This document shows, one piece after another, positions 38,769-46,151 of a DNA stretch of 64,000 nucleotides (the first letter of the stretch is position 1; each line of letters begins with the position of its first letter). A model generated the notes under the pieces. The model saw only the letters and a program-made list of their open reading frames with translations. It was not told the DNA's origin and searched no databases. Origin of the DNA: Bacteroidales bacterium (GTDB lineage: Bacteria > Bacteroidota > Bacteroidia > Bacteroidales > CAIWKO01); the NCBI GenBank assembly GCA_023228145.1, contig JALOBU010000006.1, forward strand, positions 12,398-76,397, in the 5' to 3' direction. Position numbers and translations under genes: made by a program.

Positions 38769-40695
38769 GATTTTTTGTTTTAAAATTAAATAAATATCGG
38801 ATACCTCCCGTCACCCAAGCACCAGGCATCTGAATATTGCCGAAATCATAATACCTGGTGTTGAAAATGTTGTTGCATGCCACAAAAATATCAAAATTCA
38901 GCGGACGCCAGAAAACTTTGGCATCCCCGACTAGAAATACCGCATAACTTTTTTCGCCTCCTGTCGCAAAATCGGTGTAACTGCCGTTTCTGTCCTGCAA
39001 AAGCAGCGTCAGGTTGAAGCCAAGGGATTTATAGATTTTTACATCTGTGCTCAGTGTGAGCTTGTGTTTCAAATAATCCATAACATAATATGAAATCAAA
39101 TCCCCGCTTTTTTTATACGAATCTATATATGAATATGATAAACGCAATGTCTGCAGAAAACATTTCTTGATATTGAAATCTTCAAAATTTATATTTATGA
39201 TTGCTTCAGCACCCCATGTGTGCAGCTCTGTGATATTTGAGCTTTCCCAAATGCTTGAATCCGGCTCCTTTACCCAGTCAATGATATTTTTGCCATAACG
39301 GTAAAATCCGGTAATATTTATTTGAAGCCCTTTATTTTTATAATTCAGCCCGCCTTCTGCCTGATAGGCTTTTTCGGACATTAATTCGGGATTGGCACGG
39401 TTTACAGGGCTCTGGTAATATAGCTCGGTAAAACTTGGTGCACGTAATGATTTGTTGGCAGAAAAGAAAACTTTTAACTTCGGGCTGATGTTAGCCATAA
39501 AATCAAAGCCGGGACAAAAATCGAAACCGAATTTGTTATTATAATTCAGCAAAATACCGAAAGTGAAGCTTGTCCTTTTTTTACTTAAAGTTTGGTTTAT
39601 AGATACATTAAATGTATTTCGTGAAGATTTATTTGTAAAAAAGCCGTTTTTGTCCCAGATATCTTTTATGGTATCAGAAGTTGTTTCCCCTAAAACATTG
39701 CTGTTGATTATTTCATTATAAAACTCGCCGCGTATGTTGGTTTTACCAAGTATTGGATAAAAACTCATTTCAACACTGCCTCCTTTAACTTCTGTAAGAT
39801 GGTAATTGTGATTTATATACCATACCGGAGCATCTTCCCTGAAAAGCTGAAAGCGGTCATGATGCAGTTGCAAATACCCATTGATAATCAGGTTTGTTTT
39901 TTTGCTGTATGAATAGGTGATTGCCATGAGTCCTGATTTTGTTTTTTCATACTGCTCGGGATATTTAAAGGAGTAAAAGCTGTTGGCGCCAAAGGCCTTA
40001 TCCTGATATCCTGCCTGCAGAGCGAAGCTGCTGTTTTTGAATTTGAAACTCCCTCTGTAAAATCCTTTCCAGACATTGAAATCAGTGTTTGTTGTGTACC
40101 CTAAACATTGTTTGTAATTAAAAGAAAAAAAATTATTGCTGTTTTTTGAATTGATATTTGAAGAAATATTTCCGTCGATTAACCCATACATACCGCCGGA
40201 AGCCGATACGCTGACAAAACTTTCATCATAATCGGAAGTAATGATGTTTATCACCCCACTGAAAGCGCCCGGGCCAAAAAGCCGTGCTCCCGAACCTTTC
40301 ATGATTTCGATGCGTTTTACTTTGCTGATTTCTATAGGAATATCCAGGTTGTGGTGGCCTGTCTGGGGGTTATTGACACGTATTCCGTTGAGCAGGATAA
40401 GTGTCTGCTCAAATGAACCTCCGTCAATGCTGACATCAGCCTGAACTTCATTTGCTCCGCGGGAGCGGATATCGGTAGCAGTCAAATAATTTAACAATTC
40501 GGGAAGGGTAGCAACGGGTAGTTTACTGATATCTTCAGCCTGTATCACCTGAACATTTCTGATGCCTCCGGGGTCAATAAATGCAATCTTATCAGCATGA
40601 ATCAATACTTCTTTAATAAATAAAGTATCTGTCTGGCAGAATGTATTTATTGAAAATATCAAAGTGAAAAATGTGAAAAAAAACACTTTTCTCAT
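38758..40695 (-). CDS. TonB-dependent receptor
   Basis: 645 aa with a signal peptide. The plug region is DISKLPVATLPELLNYLTATDIRSRG...DGGSFEQTLILLNGIRVN, and the gene ends in a C-terminal barrel with terminal aromatic residues. Confidence 0.85.
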   Translation of the reverse strand: MRKVFFFTFFTLIFSINTFCQTDTLFIKEVLIHADKIAFIDPGGIRNVQVIQAEDISKLPVATLPELLNYLTATDIRSRGANEVQADVSIDGGSFEQTLILLNGIRVNNPQTGHHNLDIPIEISKVKRIEIMKGSGARLFGPGAFSGVINIITSDYDESFVSVSASGGMYGLIDGNISSNINSKNSNNFFSFNYKQCLGYTTNTDFNVWKGFYRGSFKFKNSSFALQAGYQDKAFGANSFYSFKYPEQYEKTKSGLMAITYSYSKKTNLIINGYLQLHHDRFQLFREDAPVWYINHNYHLTEVKGGSVEMSFYPILGKTNIRGEFYNEIINSNVLGETTSDTIKDIWDKNGFFTNKSSRNTFNVSINQTLSKKRTSFTFGILLNYNNKFGFDFCPGFDFMANISPKLKVFFSANKSLRAPSFTELYYQSPVNRANPELMSEKAYQAEGGLNYKNKGLQINITGFYRYGKNIIDWVKEPDSSIWESSNITELHTWGAEAIININFEDFNIKKCFLQTLRLSYSYIDSYKKSGDLISYYVMDYLKHKLTLSTDVKIYKSLGFNLTLLLQDRNGSYTDFATGGEKSYAVFLVGDAKVFWRPLNFDIFVACNNIFNTRYYDFGNIQMPGAWVTGGIRYLFNFKTKNHGN

Positions 40696-42002
40696 GAGGC
40701 GAATTTCCTTAAAAAAGGTAAATGCATAAATACTTTTTCTTTGTCAAGCAAATGAAATAAAAATATCAGCAAAAAAGGCAAAGCAGGGGCTTTATATCTG
40801 ACCATAGCCCCGATAACAGGTGTGGTAATGCCTGTCAGAATGAATGTCCCCGTCACAATTATAAAGCAAAATATCAAAATAGATTTATTTGCCTCTTTAA
40901 ACCGGGCAAAAACTAAACAAAAAATTATTAAAAATAAAATAACCATATTTTCGATGGCTGCAAATATCATTATCAACGAATGAGCTTCAAAGATGTATGG
41001 TCTGATGAGTGTATTATAAAACGAAACGGGTGCCTGCAGAATCATATCGCTTAACTCCGGTTTTAAAAGCTTATCGCTGGTTAAGCTGCCTGAATTCATT
41101 TCTTTAGCCAGCCCCACAAAATCATTTTGTTTTTGAGCAATTATCTGAACGGCATTATATCCCGGAAAGATATGATGAATATTAATTCCAGCCAATATTA
41201 TGATTCCGATAAATAAGGCATACTTTAAATAGCAGCGGTAAGAATTATCTTTTCTGCACCATAAATAACCAAACAACAAGGGTGAGACGATAATGAAAAT
41301 ATAAAATTTAGTATGTATCAACAAAAACATAGCTGCATGAAAAATGATAAGATTGATAATAAGTTTTTTTCGTATTCCGATGCATTTTAAAGTATAGAGT
41401 AAAATCCCGAGTCCAAAAAGAAGTATGCCTTCTTTTAATACGCCGGAACCCCAAAATAACACAGAGGGAATCAGGAAAACCGCAATAAAAAGCAAATGTC
41501 TCTTATTTATAAAGTGCGGTAAAAAAAATTTATAAATTCCTACCAGGCCCGTGAGCGACAAAAAGCACATAAAAACCGTATGAACGTTATAGTATCCGAA
41601 AGAAAAAATTCTCAAAACTGCATTCAGGCGTATGATGGTGTGACTGTCGTTGTAGATATTGCTTTCAAACACCCGGAACCAATTGTTCATCTGGTGGTAG
41701 TAATTATTAAAGTACGGGGTGTCGTTTTGGATGCTGAAAAGCATTTTGAAAAAGTCAATGGGTTTGTTCCACAGAGCGTCATACATTATTTTACTATCAT
41801 CAAAATACTTGAAAATATCCGCGGTAGCCCGGTCAGTGTAATAGTAGGTGTACAAAAAATACATGCCCACACCGGCTGCCAGCTTGATTAAAAAAACTAC
41901 AATCAGCCAATATGCTTTTATTCCTTCCAATTTGAAAAAAGGAATTTTCCAAATAAGAAAAATTATGAAAAGTGTGTATAATAGCGTAAGTAGTATCTCC
42001 AA
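40692..42002 (-). CDS. Polytopic integral membrane protein (function unknown)
   Basis: 436 aa with more than 10 hydrophobic helices. The start appears to be TTG. Its stop overlaps the TonB-dependent receptor start by 4 nt. Confidence 0.6.
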   Translation of the reverse strand: MEILLTLLYTLFIIFLIWKIPFFKLEGIKAYWLIVVFLIKLAAGVGMYFLYTYYYTDRATADIFKYFDDSKIMYDALWNKPIDFFKMLFSIQNDTPYFNNYYHQMNNWFRVFESNIYNDSHTIIRLNAVLRIFSFGYYNVHTVFMCFLSLTGLVGIYKFFLPHFINKRHLLFIAVFLIPSVLFWGSGVLKEGILLFGLGILLYTLKCIGIRKKLIINLIIFHAAMFLLIHTKFYIFIIVSPLLFGYLWCRKDNSYRCYLKYALFIGIIILAGINIHHIFPGYNAVQIIAQKQNDFVGLAKEMNSGSLTSDKLLKPELSDMILQAPVSFYNTLIRPYIFEAHSLIMIFAAIENMVILFLIIFCLVFARFKEANKSILIFCFIIVTGTFILTGITTPVIGAMVRYKAPALPFLLIFLFHLLDKEKVFMHLPFLRKFAS

Positions 42003-42022
42003 TTTCTTCAGAAATTAATCAA

Positions 42023-42030
42023 CAAAGATA
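42023..42030 (-). promoter_or_regulatory. -7 promoter box (TATCTTTG on minus strand) for the membrane protein-TBDR-SDR operon
   Basis: Plus-strand caaagata, 21 nt upstream of the start at 42002. Confidence 0.5.
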
Positions 42031-42103
42031 ATTTTTTTGAAACTATTCAGTATTTTGAGTTTATGGTAAATATTAATTACTTGAGTTTTGCATAATTTCT
42101 TTA

Positions 42104-42251
42104 GGTCACACAGAGCCGGACACAGCGCTGCGTTGAGGGTTGAGTCCGTGTCGAAGTTTGACATACAACGGTCGTCTTCGACAATCTTCTCCTTCCCTGC
42201 CTTGCCGGCAGGCAGGCACTTTCGTTTCAGGAGAAGCTGCTCTGACTGACC
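42104..42251 (+). ncRNA. Candidate structured RNA (four-way junction), family unknown; strand uncertain
   Basis: It is a GC-rich island (about 54% GC) in AT-rich intergenic DNA. The closing helix pairs 42104-42116 with 42239-42251 (5+6 bp). Three hairpins follow: cggac/gtccg (42117-42148), gtcgaag/cttcgac (42150-42182), and cttctcct...cctgcct-tgccggc-aggcagg...aggagaag (42186-42236). Loop-loop complement: CGTTG (42131-42135) with CAACG (42166-42170). A T-rich tail (42252-42268) and a near-consensus -7 box GAGTTTTG (42083-42090) favour the plus strand. Confidence 0.45.
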
Positions 42252-42508
42252 GTGGTTTTGTTCTTTTTGACTATATGTAAAAAAGTTATTTTTCATTTAG
42301 TTAGTGTCTTTACAATTCATTATTGACAGGTATTTGACAGTTTAATTTTTTATGCAAAACTTCAGTTAATTATTTTTTTTTAGGGTAATAATAAGAGTTT
42401 TATATCAAAGTGCTTCATTTAAATTTAATTCGATGAGGTTTGTTTAGAATTTATTTAAACATATCCATAAAAAAAATCAGCGTATCTTTTTCAGTAATGA
42501 TATTTTTT

Positions 42509-42516
42509 TACTTTTG
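42509..42516 (+). promoter_or_regulatory. -7 promoter box (TACTTTTG) for purL
   Basis: Perfect TAnnTTTG 25 nt upstream of the ATG at 42541. It overlaps the longest-ORF TTG start, which argues for the 42541 start. Confidence 0.55.
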
Positions 42517-42540
42517 CAGAGATACAATCTATTATCGGCG

Positions 42541-44778
42541 ATGAAAAAAGACAAATCAGAAAAGAAGGTAACTCTGGAGACGGCTCAGATGCTCGGCCTT
42601 AATGAGGAAGAGTTTAAGAAGATAAAAGAAATATTGGGCCGTATGCCGAATTTTAATGAGCTCAGCGTGTTTTCGGTGATGTGGTCGGAACATTGTTCCT
42701 ATAAGAATTCCATTTTCTGGCTGAAAAAACTTCCCAAGGAAGGGCCGCAGATGCTTGCCAAAGCCGGCGAAGAAAATGCCGGCATGGTGGATATCGGAAA
42801 CGGTATGGCCTGCGTGTTTAAAATTGAATCACATAACCATCCTTCGGCTGTGGAACCTTACCAGGGGGCTGCCACGGGTGTCGGAGGTATCAACCGCGAC
42901 ATTTTTACCATGGGAGCCAGGCCTATAGCCCAGCTTAATTCCTTGCGATTTGGTAACCTGGCTCTTGACCGTACCAAACGCCTTGTGAAAGGGGTGGTAA
43001 AAGGAATTGGCGACTATGGCAATGCTTTTGGTGTGCCTGTTGTAGCAGGAGAAACCAATTTTGACGAATGTTATAATCAGAATATTCTTGTGAATGCTAT
43101 GTCGGTGGGGGTGGTGAAAGCGAGTAACACCGTTTCCGCCACATCAAAAGGTGTAGGCAATCCCATCTTTATTGTGGGCTCATCCACTGGCAAAGACGGC
43201 ATACACGGCGCCACTTTTGCTTCGGAAGATATCACCGAGAACTCTGCCGAAGACCTGCCTTCAGTGCAGGTTGGCGACCCTTTTCAGGAAAAACTTTTAC
43301 TGGAAGCATCGCTGGAACTGATAAAATCAGGATGTGTGGTCGGAATGCAGGATATGGGGGCTGCCGGAATCGTCTGTTCAACTTCCGAAATGTCGGAGAA
43401 AGGAGAACATGGTATGGATATTTTTCTTGACAAAGTACCCCTCAGGCAGAAAAATATGAAACCTTTTGAAATTCTCCTGTCCGAGTCGCAGGAACGTATG
43501 CTGGTAGTCATAGAAAAAGGCAGGGAAGATGTCGCCAAGAAAATTTTTGAAAAATGGGATCTCAATTGTGCAGAGATAGGCAAAGTGACCAAAGGAGGCA
43601 TGCTTAACTATTATATGAACGGCGAAATTGTGGCAAAAATCCCTGCCGAATCGCTGGTGCTGGGAGGAGGCGCACCCGTGTATCAGCGTGATTATAAAGA
43701 ACCGGAGTATTACAAAAAGTCAAAAAAATTTAATATCAACTCTGTTCCTGAACCTGCCGACCTGAGGCCTGTGGCCAGAATGCTGCTCGCCATCCCCAAC
43801 ATCTGTTCAAAAAAATGGGTGTGGGAACAGTACGACAGTATGGTGGGAACTAAAAATATGACTACTAACATGCCTGCCGATGCTGCCGCGGTAAACCTCA
43901 AAGGGACAGATAAAGCATTGGTTATGACGGTTGATTGTAATGCCCGTTATGTTTATGCAGATCCACGTATTGGAACGGAAATTGCCGTAGCGGAAGCCGC
44001 ACGTAACATCGTCTGTTCGGGAGGTAAACCATTGGCAGTTACCAATTGCCTCAACTTTGGAAACCCTTATAATCCGGAAGTGTACTGGCAGTTTGTGCAT
44101 GCCATCAAAGGCATGTCAAATGCCTGTAAAAAATTCGGCACTCCTGTTACAGGCGGTAATGTAAGCTTTTACAACCAGTCAAATATGGACGGAAAAGTGG
44201 TGCCGATATTTCCTACTCCGGTAATTGGCATGATAGGACTGCTGGAACATAAGAGCATGCTTATGACTATGGATTTCAAGCAGAAAGGCGATATGATATA
44301 TATGCTGGGGGAAAACCGCAACGACATAAATTCCTCACAATACCTTGTGAATTATCATAAAGTGCCTTTATCGCCTCCGCCATATTTCAATATTGACAAG
44401 GAATTTATTACACATTATGTTTTGGGGGAATTGATAAGCAGCAGCCTTATCAACTCAGCGCATGATGTGTCGGAAGGCGGGCTTTTTATTGCATTGTTCG
44501 AGTGCGGAATGTTCAGAAACCTTGGTTTTGATATCACAACCGACTGTGAAATACGTGAAGATGCATTTCTTTTTGGAGAAAGCCAGGGCAGGATATTGGT
44601 GAGCGTGAGTCAGGAAAAAGAAGCGGAATTTCTTGATTTTATTGTGGATACAAGGGCCAATTGCACATTGCTGGGACACGTAACCAAAGGCGAAATGCGT
44701 GTTGACGATATTTCTTATGGCCAGGTGAAGGATGCCAAAAAAATATATGATAATGCTCTGGAAGAGTATTTAAAGTAA
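42541..44778 (+). CDS. purL: Phosphoribosylformylglycinamidine synthase subunit PurL (FGAM synthase II)
   Basis: 746 aa, small-PurL type. Motifs are SVMWSEHCSYKNS, VFKIESHNHPSAVEPYQGAATGVGG and duplicated AIR-synthase-like domains. Confidence 0.95.
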   Translation: MKKDKSEKKVTLETAQMLGLNEEEFKKIKEILGRMPNFNELSVFSVMWSEHCSYKNSIFWLKKLPKEGPQMLAKAGEENAGMVDIGNGMACVFKIESHNHPSAVEPYQGAATGVGGINRDIFTMGARPIAQLNSLRFGNLALDRTKRLVKGVVKGIGDYGNAFGVPVVAGETNFDECYNQNILVNAMSVGVVKASNTVSATSKGVGNPIFIVGSSTGKDGIHGATFASEDITENSAEDLPSVQVGDPFQEKLLLEASLELIKSGCVVGMQDMGAAGIVCSTSEMSEKGEHGMDIFLDKVPLRQKNMKPFEILLSESQERMLVVIEKGREDVAKKIFEKWDLNCAEIGKVTKGGMLNYYMNGEIVAKIPAESLVLGGGAPVYQRDYKEPEYYKKSKKFNINSVPEPADLRPVARMLLAIPNICSKKWVWEQYDSMVGTKNMTTNMPADAAAVNLKGTDKALVMTVDCNARYVYADPRIGTEIAVAEAARNIVCSGGKPLAVTNCLNFGNPYNPEVYWQFVHAIKGMSNACKKFGTPVTGGNVSFYNQSNMDGKVVPIFPTPVIGMIGLLEHKSMLMTMDFKQKGDMIYMLGENRNDINSSQYLVNYHKVPLSPPPYFNIDKEFITHYVLGELISSSLINSAHDVSEGGLFIALFECGMFRNLGFDITTDCEIREDAFLFGESQGRILVSVSQEKEAEFLDFIVDTRANCTLLGHVTKGEMRVDDISYGQVKDAKKIYDNALEEYLK

Positions 44779-44798
44779 TACCCTAATGTTGTTTTTTT

Positions 44799-45421
44799 AC
44801 TGGAGTTTCCTCAAAATTTAATCCGGGAATAAAGATAGTTGAAAAGTGTCGGAGTTAGGTCCAATTCGTGATTTAAACTGGTTGGGCCCTGCCCTGGAAT
44901 GTTTTAGTAGTTCAAATATACCGTCAGCCATTGCGTAATTAAAGAAAGTTGGCACACCAAATATCCTTTTTGAAAGGAAAAATATTTTTTGTACCATTAC
45001 TTTCAATTTCAGCGGTACCCCAATGTATATACTTGTAAAATATGCAATAGCATGAACCAAAACGGTAATGTTTCGTATTGACTTGTAACTAAGAATCCTA
45101 AAATCTTCAAAATTATATGCCTGTTTGATATACCGATAGCATTTCTTTAACTAAGCGTTTTTGAGTTTTACACAAATTTTTTGAGATTGTTCCTGAAAAT
45201 TTGTTACTTTGCATTTTGAAACGATGAATTGTCGTTGAGTTTGTGTCCATAGGTGTGTTGAAGTTTTTGTCAATTCTAAGATACACTTTATGGACACAAC
45301 TTTTTTGAGGAACCTCATAAAAACGAAAAAAAAATAACACCTTCCATTTAATAAACAGCAAAAATAGTTGATATTAAACAACTTACATGTTTTTACCGTA
45401 TTTTTTTAAGGAAACTCCAGT
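44799..45421. mobile_element. MITE-like / IS-remnant element bounded by perfect 13-bp terminal inverted repeats
   Basis: ACTGGAGTTTCCT at 44799-44811 and its exact reverse complement AGGAAACTCCAGT at 45409-45421. Both are flanked by T-runs. The interior has only short broken ORFs plus an 11-bp internal inverted repeat. Confidence 0.55.
45241..45299. repeat. Internal 11-bp inverted repeat (TTGTGTCCATA ... TATGGACACAA, 37-bp spacer) inside the element
   Basis: Read directly at 45241-45251 and 45289-45299. Confidence 0.8.
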
Positions 45422-45475
45422 TTTTTAACATCAAAAATATTCATCTTGTTTTTCTTTTTGTTTGAAATATTTTTA

Positions 45476-45483
45476 TAATTTTG
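45476..45483 (+). promoter_or_regulatory. -7 promoter box (TAATTTTG) for the tetR-MMPL cluster
   Basis: Perfect TAnnTTTG 58 nt upstream of the tetR ATG. Confidence 0.5.
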
Positions 45484-45540
45484 AACGTTTTAATCAATTA
45501 TTCAAAAATATAAGGATGCAATATTCTTACAGAAGGTAAC

Positions 45541-46113
45541 ATGAAAGAGACAATTATGCATGCGGCAAGGGAGGTCTTCAGTAAGTTCGGCTTCAGGAAA
45601 ACAACGCTTGAGGATATTGCGAAACATATTGGTAAGGGAAAAACCGCCTTGTATTATTATTACAAAAACAAAGAAGAAATATTCGGGGCGGTGCTTGATT
45701 TTGAAGTTGAAAGGTTCAGCAACGAAATGATAAACACCCTTGAACATGAAACAAGCCCTCAGAAGAAACTGAGACGTTACATCACGAAACGCATGGAATT
45801 ATACAATTATGTTTTAAATTTCTATAGCGCCATAAAAAGTGAATACCTGGAAAATGTCGCTGTCTTTGAGAAAATCAGGCAAAAGTACGACCAGATGGAA
45901 ATTGAAATCGTTTCGGACATTCTCTCGGAAGGAATTGCGAAAAATGAATTTGTTGCCCGCGATGTTCATCTGACAGCCTATGCTATCATCCTTGCCATGA
46001 AAGGCTTTGAATACCCTTTTTCATACCAGCAGGATATCATAAAAATGGAAGAGGATATTGATAAACTCATGGATGTACTCTTTTACGGAATAATAAAAAC
46101 CCCAACAAAATAA
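45541..46113 (+). CDS. TetR/AcrR family transcriptional regulator
   Basis: 190 aa. The N-terminal HTH is IMHAAREVFSKFGFRKTTLEDIAKHIGKGKTALYYYYKNKEEIF. Confidence 0.9.
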   Translation: MKETIMHAAREVFSKFGFRKTTLEDIAKHIGKGKTALYYYYKNKEEIFGAVLDFEVERFSNEMINTLEHETSPQKKLRRYITKRMELYNYVLNFYSAIKSEYLENVAVFEKIRQKYDQMEIEIVSDILSEGIAKNEFVARDVHLTAYAIILAMKGFEYPFSYQQDIIKMEEDIDKLMDVLFYGIIKTPTK

Positions 46114-46151
46114 TAAAACACTTTTTCAAACTTCCCATCAACTCAAAATTT

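Noticed and set aside
42104-42251. Riboswitch (cobalamin or TPP) controlling the downstream TonB-dependent receptor operon on the minus strand
   Set aside because: I could not find a B12 box (GCCACTG-like), a GGTG..AATCC element, or the TPP CTGAGA / ACCTGATCTGGATAATGCCAGCG blocks. No expression-platform terminator follows. A perfect -7 box (42023-42030) lies between the element and the operon start.
42015-42296. 93-aa minus-strand ORF in the purL upstream gap
   Set aside because: It coincides with the GC-rich multi-hairpin element. It has no recognisable motif or signal, its composition is unlike neighbouring genes, and the -7 box of the downstream operon lies inside it. A structured RNA explains the sequence better.
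44818-45381. Three short minus-strand ORFs (80, 82 and 76 aa) as real genes
   Set aside because: They overlap one another and lie entirely inside the inverted-repeat-bounded element. They lack promoters of the TAnnTTTG type and look like fragments of a decayed transposase region.
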